IMG/VR virus record: IMGVR_UViG_3300029310_000398
Coordinates: 1-64,000 of that record
Source: a virus
DNA length: 64,000 bases
Reading direction: 5' to 3' (one strand)
Each line of letters opens with the position of its first letter. Position 1 is the stretch's first letter. The notes beneath the pieces are model-generated. The model made no database searches. It was not told the DNA's origin and worked only from the letters and a program-made list of their open reading frames with translations. The position numbers and the translations under genes were made by a program. Positions 24,818 to 32,439 of the stretch are shown piece after piece.

Positions 24818-25870
24818 ATGGATATGCCGATTTCGAACAAGCGAAAGCTGCACTGCGACGAGAACGTACTGGTCCACATTGTGCGCTACTGCCATGATAC
24901 GGATGACGCAGATGGCGACGGCGTCAGAGAGGTGGAAATGTACGTCCCCTTCAAGCACATTTGCAAGGGCGATGCCATTGATATTCCTGATAAGGACACC
25001 GACGATGCCTTCAGAACAACCGCCTATGCTGCGGAAGACGCTTCGTACAACGAGGCTAAGGCGGGTGGTTGGTTTGTGCCGGTCGCCTGCACTGGGCAGA
25101 AAGATTACATTCTGAAGCCCGACGATTTCGCACCTTGGCTCGTGACACTGAGCGTTGTGTTCACGAACGGGTCGTCCTGCAAGCTCTTTTTCGAGTGCGT
25201 GGAACGAAGCGAAGAGAAGCTGCGGGCAAACATCCGCAGAATCTTTGACGATGTGCCGACGCTGCGGCATGAGATGGGCTTCGTTGCCCTCGTCCGCCAT
25301 ATGGCATGGAAGTACCTCACACCGGAAAGAACGGAGCCTCTCGGCTTCAGATTCCTTTCGGATGATGTCGTCTGGAGCAACTGCAAAGTGAAGGACATCC
25401 TTCCTGACCGGTTCTTCGCGGCGGCTGACATGAAGCTGACGTTTTACGCCTATGCGGAAGATGAGTATTCTGGGAATCCTCTGTTCTTTGCAAAGCTGCC
25501 GTATCTCGGTACGCATCACGGACATCCTGAAGGTTGTGTGATTTGCGCTTCCATCCTGCGGAAACTGGATGAGCTGTATGGCGACCTGCCGACGGAAACG
25601 TCCCGTTGGTCGCTGGAATACCAGCTCTGGGCGCGTATGCTGCTCTCTGAGGGAGCAGTTATGCTCAATCCGAAGTACATTGACTTGCGCCAAGACGGTG
25701 CGCTTGATGCGCTTCTGGAGGACATTCCGATGATTGATGGTTTCGCCGATGACGTCGCTTGGCGTCGTGTGGCAGGTGTACCCATCGACGAAATCCATGA
25801 AGTGTGGGATGCGAGTTCGGATGATGGTGTCGCTCCGTTCACCTATACCGTCCGAGCAAAAATCCTTTGA
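24818..25870 (+). CDS. hypothetical protein (350 aa), paralog 2
   Basis: GAAAGGAGAAAAACAT precedes the ATG. Collinear similarity to 23763-24803. Confidence 0.8.
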   Translation: MDMPISNKRKLHCDENVLVHIVRYCHDTDDADGDGVREVEMYVPFKHICKGDAIDIPDKDTDDAFRTTAYAAEDASYNEAKAGGWFVPVACTGQKDYILKPDDFAPWLVTLSVVFTNGSSCKLFFECVERSEEKLRANIRRIFDDVPTLRHEMGFVALVRHMAWKYLTPERTEPLGFRFLSDDVVWSNCKVKDILPDRFFAAADMKLTFYAYAEDEYSGNPLFFAKLPYLGTHHGHPEGCVICASILRKLDELYGDLPTETSRWSLEYQLWARMLLSEGAVMLNPKYIDLRQDGALDALLEDIPMIDGFADDVAWRRVAGVPIDEIHEVWDASSDDGVAPFTYTVRAKIL

Positions 25871-25902
25871 TTCTTTCGCTTCAAGACAAACCACATTTTT
25901 TC

Positions 25903-25933
25903 AAAAGAAGCTCCTTCGGGAGCTTCTTTTTTT
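25903..25933 (+). terminator. intrinsic terminator closing cassette 5
   Basis: AAAAGAAGCTCC-TTCG-GGAGCTTCTTTT perfect stem followed by TTT. Confidence 0.85.
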
Positions 25934-25946
25934 GCGCCAAAAGGAA

Positions 25947-26150
25947 TTGACAAAATATCAAACTGTGGTAGTATAGAATTATAATTACGAAGCTATTTTT
26001 ATAAAGGAGATTATCTCCGTTTTCAAGTCACCACAAAGAATCAAGACAGTTACTTCCCTTTTCTGGGAAGTGACTGTCTTTTTCTATATATAACATTTTT
26101 TGGATTCCCGTAAGTCCTTATTACAGGCTGGGAGAAAGGAGAAAAAGACC
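25947..26150 (+). promoter_or_regulatory. Promoter-leader-terminator module, copy 6 (heads cassette 6)
   Basis: -35 at 25947-25952, TAGTAT 25969-25974, TATAAT 25980-25985. Small hairpin 26006-26018. Leader terminator 26044-26079 has a rebuilt 15-bp stem (AGACAGTTACTTCCC/GGGAAGTGACTGTCT), with T-run to 26084. RBS block before ATG 26151. Confidence 0.8.
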
Positions 26151-28028
26151 ATGGCAAATTGTGTACTCTTCAGAAGTAAGAAAGGGTTCGACATCAGTAC
26201 CCTCCCCTTCGGGCTGAACCAAATGCCTAACCGCAGCACGACGACGTTCTCCAAGTGGAATGCGCCGCAGAGACCGTCTATGAAGGGGCAATCTACGCTG
26301 CACGCCTATGCAACCAGAGCATTTCTGGCATATCTGGGTATCCCCGGCTTTGTTGAGGACTATGCTCTGCTGCAGGTCTCTGACAATCTGTGGAGTGCTG
26401 AGTTCCGCGACAACTCTACCGGCACGACCGTGAAGACGCTGCTGTTCACTTATAAGACGGTGTTCCAGACCAATGCGCCTTCTGTCGGTAAACTGGGTGC
26501 CGCCGTGACGATGCCTTCCGGCCAGTGGGCGGGTACTCCGTCTATCGGTTCTGAGTCTGACGACATCGACCTCAGCGGCGCTATGCTGGCAATGACACCC
26601 CAAGTCCTGTCCCTCTACTACGAGGCACCGGAGTTGGCTGTCGTGGATGACAACTCGGAACTCAAGACCGTCCGTGACGAGATTCTCGCCCTGTGCGCCA
26701 AGTACCCCGCTGATTGGGGCGCTCACATGGTGGAAGCATCTACCGCCTTCAACTATCTGTATATCTTCAGTGATATGTTCTACTATGGCTGTGAGACGGG
26801 CAAAGTCCCGCTGAACGTCCAGAACGGGAACATGGATACGTTGACGCGGCAGAAGGTCAACAACGGCGCTTTCAACGGCACCATCATTGTCGGCACACCT
26901 ACCATCATCGGTGGCACAATGGCCGCCAACAGCACCTCAAGCTCTACCAAGGGCATGACCGTGAAGGCTGCCAAGCTCAGATACGCAGCGTGGGCTGACG
27001 CACACCCGTGGACGCCCGACGAGGAACTGCTGATTCCCACCTTCGATGATGACTTCAAGGTTCAGCCTGAGGTTATCGAGATGGCCGACAAAATCGTCGC
27101 TACGTCCAATATGCGCGTACCCTTCCGCAACTTCCTGTGGCGCGGCATTACCGGTTACGGTAAGTCTACCGGCACGAAGGTTCTGGCGTGCATCCTGCAC
27201 ACTCCTCGGCTGGAGCTGACCTGCCATACCGATATGCTGGCGAAGGACCTGATTTCTGAGTTCGTCCCCTGCAATCCCGTGGATGCGGCGCGTGGAGAAC
27301 TTCCCACGTTCGATGAGATTTCCTTCGACCCCGAATCCGCGTGGACGACCATGACGGGCGAGGATGGCACGGGCATCACATCTGAGGAATGCTTCGCAAA
27401 GTATTCTGAGCTGTTGGTTGCCCGCGCCGGCTGCACTTCCCCTGTGAAGGTGGTCGAGTCCGCTTTCGTGAAAGCCGTTTCTCGCGGTTACATCTGCGAG
27501 ATTCAGGAAATCAGCCGTATCAAGGACTCCGGCGTTATGGTCGCACTGAACCAGTACGACCTGCCGGGTGCTATGATTCCGCTGGTGGACGGCGGTTTCA
27601 CGTATCGTCAGAAGGATGCCGTTGTGGTATTCACGGATAACGTCGGCTATGCTTCCTGCCGCCCCATCGACCAGTCTGTTATTCGGCGTTGCCGGATGAT
27701 TTTCGACAGCACTGAAATCGAAAAGCAGGCTATGCTGGAGCGCATCAAGTACAACACCGGCTGGAGCCGTGACGACAAGACGCTGAACGCTCTGTACGAC
27801 GTGTTCGAGCAGATTCGGAGCTACTGCGCCGACAAGGAAATCACGGAAGGTTCCTGCACTATTTGCGAGCTGGAGTCTCTCGTCTGCTGTGTGCAGTGTG
27901 ACGACAGATACATGGCTCATTTGGAAGATTACATTGACACGTGCCTCATCGCCAAATGCACGAATGACCCCGTCGAGCAGAACGAGATTCGTTCCAATGC
28001 GGCGCAGGTCATCAGCAAGGTGGCGTAG
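26151..28028 (+). CDS. AAA+ ATPase, MoxR/CbbQ-like C-terminal module with a roughly 330-aa unknown N-terminal region (625 aa)
   Basis: Walker A WRGITGYGKSTGTK. Walker-B-like YICEIQEISRIK. A downstream VWA partner is the usual MoxR pairing. Confidence 0.6.
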   Translation: MANCVLFRSKKGFDISTLPFGLNQMPNRSTTTFSKWNAPQRPSMKGQSTLHAYATRAFLAYLGIPGFVEDYALLQVSDNLWSAEFRDNSTGTTVKTLLFTYKTVFQTNAPSVGKLGAAVTMPSGQWAGTPSIGSESDDIDLSGAMLAMTPQVLSLYYEAPELAVVDDNSELKTVRDEILALCAKYPADWGAHMVEASTAFNYLYIFSDMFYYGCETGKVPLNVQNGNMDTLTRQKVNNGAFNGTIIVGTPTIIGGTMAANSTSSSTKGMTVKAAKLRYAAWADAHPWTPDEELLIPTFDDDFKVQPEVIEMADKIVATSNMRVPFRNFLWRGITGYGKSTGTKVLACILHTPRLELTCHTDMLAKDLISEFVPCNPVDAARGELPTFDEISFDPESAWTTMTGEDGTGITSEECFAKYSELLVARAGCTSPVKVVESAFVKAVSRGYICEIQEISRIKDSGVMVALNQYDLPGAMIPLVDGGFTYRQKDAVVVFTDNVGYASCRPIDQSVIRRCRMIFDSTEIEKQAMLERIKYNTGWSRDDKTLNALYDVFEQIRSYCADKEITEGSCTICELESLVCCVQCDDRYMAHLEDYIDTCLIAKCTNDPVEQNEIRSNAAQVISKVA

Positions 28029-28107
28029 GCTTGTCCTGAAAGGAGAAGAGAGGCATGGAGCCTCTTTTCTTGCTTTCAGGACCGAAAGCAAGAAAGGAGA
28101 AAACATC

Positions 28108-28530
28108 ATGACTCACAACTATGAGAACGCCAAGTTCTTTAATCACGAGAGCTATAAGGCGCTTTGCGCTAAGGTCGGTGAGTGCATCAAAAACGGCGTC
28201 CAGTACGCTGATAAGATGCTCGACAACATCGAACGGCGCTGCGCCGGTGCTTTCCTCGACTATGTGACGACCGTTGATATGAGCGAAACTCGCATCATCA
28301 TCGCCCATAATCGTCTCGAAGGCGAAGACCTCATCGACACGCTGCAGACTATCGACGCGGGACGCCGGTCGGCACACGAGGCAGCTATGGCTGGATGCAG
28401 CATTCTCAACCGAATGGCTGTCGCCAACGGTATTGACCCCGTGTTCACTGGCAATCCTGAAGACCGTTTGCAGGTGGCAGATTTCTGCCTTGAGTTTACC
28501 GTTGAGATTTTCAAGAACCGGCACAAGTGA
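28108..28530 (+). CDS. hypothetical protein (140 aa) between the ATPase and VWA genes
   Basis: GAAAGGAGAAAACATC precedes ATG 28108. The track start at 27889 lies inside the ATPase gene. Confidence 0.7.
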   Translation: MTHNYENAKFFNHESYKALCAKVGECIKNGVQYADKMLDNIERRCAGAFLDYVTTVDMSETRIIIAHNRLEGEDLIDTLQTIDAGRRSAHEAAMAGCSILNRMAVANGIDPVFTGNPEDRLQVADFCLEFTVEIFKNRHK

Positions 28531-28552
28531 ATTTAGAAAGGAGAAATGACGC

Positions 28553-30781
28553 ATGGACCAGAAATCTATCTGGAGGCAAATCCGTGTGGGTGCCAATGAA
28601 ATGAGCGAGAAGCTCACGGATGCTGACATCTACACCAGTGAAGCGTTTCGGAGTCATGTGCAGGCGACGGTCGATTCGATGACGAAGGACCTTGACAAGC
28701 ACATCTCCGTTTCTCTGATGCATAACCCAAACTCAGACATCACCGCCTGTACTGATGGGAATAATCTTTATCAGAATACGGCGAATAGTGTCATCACGTG
28801 GTATAAGCTCCCCTCCTCACGATTCGCAACGGTTATGGGTATCGTCTATCACGAGTTGGCCCACATCCGATTCCACGACTTCCGCGCCGATGCGCTGGCA
28901 GACAAGGAATTGGAAGAGAACGGCACACTCTACGGACGGATGCCTGAACCGGACAACGAGACAGAACTGGATGAGATGAAGGAGGCGCTGAAGCATCCTG
29001 AATACCGCAAGGTGTTCAAGTCGCTGCGGGACGAACTCGTCAACTGCATCATCGACGCACACGACGAGGAGCGTATGAGCGACTACTACGGCGGCATTGT
29101 TGCACGTGGTATTGAGATGGCAGCATCTTCCCTTCAGGGACAGCTTCACACGCTGGAAGGCTATACGAATAACAAGAATGAGCCGCTGTCTATCATGACA
29201 AGCCTCGTTCTCCAGTTCGCACGATTTGGTGAAATCCTTGTTGCGGATGAGCAGACGCTCTATACCAATGAGTACGCCAAGAAGCTGACAGACATCTCAC
29301 AGGCCATTGAGCTTGCCACCAACACGGATAACCCTAAAGAGCTGTATGCTCAAATCAATGTGATGCTTCTCTTTATGTGGCCTTACATCAAGGACGCAAT
29401 AGATAAGTGTGACAAGCAGCAGAATGCTCAGGCAGGCCAAGGCCAGCAGGGGCAAGGTCAGCAGTCCGGCTCCGACCAGAACGGTCAGGGTGGGCAGCAG
29501 GGCCAGTCCTCTTCCGGCGGCAACTCCGGCGGCGGTCAAAACAGCCAGAACCAGCAGGGCGGCGGAGGTGTCTCCCAGCCCAGCGCAAATGCCATTCAGC
29601 AGGTGCTCCAGCAAATCGCTCAGGGCGCACAGAATGGCGGCGGCTCTCAGATGCCCAAGAACCAGAAGGCTTCCAACGTAGCCAAGCAAGCTACCAAGGA
29701 TGCTCAGTCTGCTGGTAAGAAAAAGGGCAAGAAGGGCGGCAGCGGTTCCGGCGGTAATGATGCCAATAAGGGCAACGTTCCCGCTGCTGTGGCTGGTAAG
29801 AACGGCGATGGAAAGGATAAGAATGAGAAGCAGGAGCAAGCTGACAATATGTTGGCAAATGTCCTGCAGACCATCATCTCCTCCGTTGCAGGCGACATGG
29901 CCGAAGCCCAGATGGAACAGGATTTGAAGTCACAAATCATCGCTGATGTTGACATCATGGACCGCAGCTCCACGCACAAGGGTCATAAAATCGACGTCAA
30001 ACGCGAGGTTGAAGTAACACCCGCAAACATCAAGCTCTACGGAGAAATGATGGAGGATGTGAAACAGTATTCCAAGCGTTTGGCGAAGCTGATGCAGCAG
30101 GAACTGAAAGACCTGCAAGATGGCGATGTCCGCAGAAATCGGATGTACGGTAGGGATATCGTAGCCAATGATATGTGGCGTCCCGACTGCCGGTACTTCA
30201 GCGACACCAAGCTGCCGCAGGACCTGCCTGACATGGCCGTGGCTGTTCTCGTTGACCAGTCCGGCTCCATGTGCGGACAGCGCATGGGCGCCGCTATGAA
30301 GGCCACCATGCTCCTGCATGACTTTGCAGAGCGTGTTCATGTTCCTGTCGCTGTGTACGGTCACAATGTGACCATGCATGGTAGGGTCAACCTGTTCGTC
30401 TATACGGACTTCCTGAAGGCTGGTAAGCGTGACAAGTATCGCCTTGCCAAGCTCTCCACCGGAGGCTGTAACCGTGACGGTGCAGCGCTGGAGGTCGTTG
30501 CGAACCTGCTGAATGCGAGACCTGAGCGCACGAAGCTCCTCATTATCATTTCGGATGGCAAGCCGAATGATGATTCCTATGGTGGAGATTCTGCGGCGAA
30601 GGACATCAAAGACATCGTAGCCCGCAATCGCCGGCGCGGTGTTGAGATTGTTGCAGCAGCTATCGGCGACGACAAAGCGTACCTCAAGAAGATTTACGGC
30701 GACCAGTTCCTTGACATTACTGACCTTTCCACCTTCCCCAAGGCAATGGTCAAAATCGTCAAGAAGCGGTTGAAGGTCTAA
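28553..30781 (+). CDS. HExxH metallopeptidase-like domain, Q/G-rich linker and von Willebrand A domain protein (742 aa)
   Basis: IVYHELAHIRFHDF gives HExxH plus a downstream H. Linker QQNAQAGQGQQGQGQQSGSDQNGQGGQQ... C-terminal VWA with MIDAS LVDQSGSM, plus NRDG and IIISDGKPND. Confidence 0.75.
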   Translation: MDQKSIWRQIRVGANEMSEKLTDADIYTSEAFRSHVQATVDSMTKDLDKHISVSLMHNPNSDITACTDGNNLYQNTANSVITWYKLPSSRFATVMGIVYHELAHIRFHDFRADALADKELEENGTLYGRMPEPDNETELDEMKEALKHPEYRKVFKSLRDELVNCIIDAHDEERMSDYYGGIVARGIEMAASSLQGQLHTLEGYTNNKNEPLSIMTSLVLQFARFGEILVADEQTLYTNEYAKKLTDISQAIELATNTDNPKELYAQINVMLLFMWPYIKDAIDKCDKQQNAQAGQGQQGQGQQSGSDQNGQGGQQGQSSSGGNSGGGQNSQNQQGGGGVSQPSANAIQQVLQQIAQGAQNGGGSQMPKNQKASNVAKQATKDAQSAGKKKGKKGGSGSGGNDANKGNVPAAVAGKNGDGKDKNEKQEQADNMLANVLQTIISSVAGDMAEAQMEQDLKSQIIADVDIMDRSSTHKGHKIDVKREVEVTPANIKLYGEMMEDVKQYSKRLAKLMQQELKDLQDGDVRRNRMYGRDIVANDMWRPDCRYFSDTKLPQDLPDMAVAVLVDQSGSMCGQRMGAAMKATMLLHDFAERVHVPVAVYGHNVTMHGRVNLFVYTDFLKAGKRDKYRLAKLSTGGCNRDGAALEVVANLLNARPERTKLLIIISDGKPNDDSYGGDSAAKDIKDIVARNRRRGVEIVAAAIGDDKAYLKKIYGDQFLDITDLSTFPKAMVKIVKKRLKV

Positions 30782-30791
30782 CAACAATTAA

Positions 30792-30819
30792 AGAGCCACC
30801 CTTCGGGGTGGCTCTCTTT
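30792..30819 (+). terminator. hairpin after the VWA gene (weak or partial terminator)
   Basis: AGAGCCACCC-TTCG-GGGTGGCTCT perfect 10-bp stem, but only a short CTTTG tail. Confidence 0.5.
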
Positions 30820-30835
30820 GAAAGGAGATAATGCT

Positions 30836-31072
30836 ATGGATTTAGGTTACATTGCTCCCTGCCCCGTGTGTGGTGGCAAAATCAAGCTGTATTCCCACTG
30901 TGGCAAGCCCGATTGTAAGGCTGTATGTCAGAGTTGCAAAAAGGGGTTTCCGTTCCACGCAAACCTGAAGACCTATGCCGGCACCAAAATCTACGCCAGC
31001 AGTATCAGGAAGAGTGTGCGGATGTGGAACAACACGGTTTCCAAGGAAGTTCTTGCTGATGTTGTTCTTTAA
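30836..31072 (+). CDS. Lar-family-like zinc-ribbon protein (78 aa), putative restriction alleviation
   Basis: GAAAGGAGATAATGCT precedes ATG 30836. CPVCGG.I.L....G...C.AVCQSC....(n)..MWNNT resembles the CPFCGG...C..C...WN(R) layout of Lar-family proteins (recall only). Confidence 0.45.
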   Translation: MDLGYIAPCPVCGGKIKLYSHCGKPDCKAVCQSCKKGFPFHANLKTYAGTKIYASSIRKSVRMWNNTVSKEVLADVVL

Positions 31073-31094
31073 GCCCATTTGCTGCAGGAAGGAG

Positions 31095-31123
31095 TTGATT
31101 TTCTGCATATAAAGATGTATAAT
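31095..31123 (+). promoter_or_regulatory. promoter of the fic gene
   Basis: TTGATT 31095-31100, 17-nt spacer, TATAAT 31118-31123, located 25 nt upstream of ATG 31148. Confidence 0.6.
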
Positions 31124-31147
31124 AATGTGCAGAAAGGAACTGGTGTT

Positions 31148-32194
31148 ATGAGAAAGTTTGATTATTCTTTCCTCGATACCGGGCTGCTTCCTGCAAGCCT
31201 TGTGAACATCACGAGCAAAATCTACTCTCTTCGGACTGAAGCCGGCTTCCGCAAGCAGGAGTTTGGAAAAATCTTCACTGAACTGGAATCCATTGCGCGA
31301 GTTCAGTCAGTAAAGAGCTCCAACGCCATTGAGGGCATCGTGACCAGCGACAAGCGCATTGCGGAAATCGTAAACCACAGCAGTGCGCCTCTGAACCATG
31401 ATGAGGCGGAAATTGCCGGATACAGAGATGCGCTCAACGCTGTGCATTCAGGATATGAGTACCTGTCCTTCGGCGTTCGTGACATTCTGCAGCTTCATGA
31501 AACCATGATGGCAGTCGCAGGCGACGAGCACGGTGGACAGTACAAAACGGATGACAATGTGATTCTGGAAGTCGCGGCGGATGGCACGCGGCGTGTGAGG
31601 TTTCGTCCCACACCTGCGGCAGAGACACCGGCTGCTATGGAGCAACTGGAACTGGCCTATTTGGATGCCTGTTCCAACTCCAATATCAGCCAGCTTCTTC
31701 TTATTCCCTGCGTTATTTTGGACTTCCTTTGTATCCATCCATTCCGTGACGGCAACGGCAGAATGTCGAGGTTGCTCTCCCTTCTGCTGCTCTACAAAAA
31801 CGGCTTCGATGTAGGAAAGTACATTTCTTTCGAGGAACAAATCAACCATCACAAGGCGTATTATTACGACGCACTGGAGCAATCCTCGAAGGGCTGGATG
31901 GAGAACAACAACGACTATGCGCCATTTATTCAAAACTTCTTGTCCATACTGTATCAGTGCTATAAGGAGTTGGATAAGCGGTTTGCAGTCGTCAATGGGA
32001 AGAAAATCACGAAGATGACGCGAATCGAAGCTACGGTACTTGGCAGCCTGATGCCAATTTCCAAAGCGGAGATATGCGCCATTCATCCTGATGTCAGCCC
32101 GTCCACCGTGGAGGCTGTGCTTGGACGCATGGTGAAGGAAGGGAGCATTAAACGTATCGGAATGTCCAAGAAGGCACGATATGTAAGAGCCTGA
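31148..32194 (+). CDS. fic: Fic-family protein (AMPylase/adenylyltransferase type) with a C-terminal winged-helix-like tail (348 aa)
   Basis: Canonical Fic motif HPFRDGNGRMSR. An N-terminal SNAIEG fits the (S/T)xxxE(G/N) auto-inhibitory helix. The MRKFDYSFL start is typical of the family. Confidence 0.9.
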   Translation: MRKFDYSFLDTGLLPASLVNITSKIYSLRTEAGFRKQEFGKIFTELESIARVQSVKSSNAIEGIVTSDKRIAEIVNHSSAPLNHDEAEIAGYRDALNAVHSGYEYLSFGVRDILQLHETMMAVAGDEHGGQYKTDDNVILEVAADGTRRVRFRPTPAAETPAAMEQLELAYLDACSNSNISQLLLIPCVILDFLCIHPFRDGNGRMSRLLSLLLLYKNGFDVGKYISFEEQINHHKAYYYDALEQSSKGWMENNNDYAPFIQNFLSILYQCYKELDKRFAVVNGKKITKMTRIEATVLGSLMPISKAEICAIHPDVSPSTVEAVLGRMVKEGSIKRIGMSKKARYVRA

Positions 32195-32229
32195 TTAAAG
32201 TCTATTAAGACAAGAAAGGAGAAAGCACA

Positions 32230-32439
32230 ATGACAGCCAAGCTGAAAAGTGATGCGCTGAGAGTTGTCAAGAGACTCCGCTGCTACGGCACGGACGCTGA
32301 AGACAACTTCGGCTGTGGCGATAAGCGGTGCAAGTACCGAGATGTGGACGGTGCCTGCAACATTAACAGCCTTGAAGCTGATGCTGCCGAAGTGATAGAG
32401 AAATTGTTGAAGGAGGTTGAAAAGTTTGAACATCGCTGA
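32230..32439 (+). CDS. hypothetical Cys-rich protein (69 aa)
   Basis: GAAAGGAGAAAGCACA precedes the ATG. Confidence 0.65.
   Translation: MTAKLKSDALRVVKRLRCYGTDAEDNFGCGDKRCKYRDVDGACNINSLEADAAEVIEKLLKEVEKFEHR

Noticed and set aside
30-26150. The six repeated modules as a CRISPR array, integron attC sites or IS/MITE ends
   Set aside because: The units are about 200 bp long and 4-6 kb apart, so they are not CRISPR. There are no terminal inverted repeats, target-site duplications, or a transposase or integrase gene. Every copy has promoter and terminator features in the same orientation relative to the genes. Homologous recombination between copies remains possible.
29400-29830. Q/G-rich stretch of the VWA gene and the K/D/T-rich stretch at about 58960-59240 as DNA-level tandem repeats or separate genes
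   Set aside because: These are in-frame low-complexity linkers within long ORFs. The overlapping short ORFs in other frames are artefacts.
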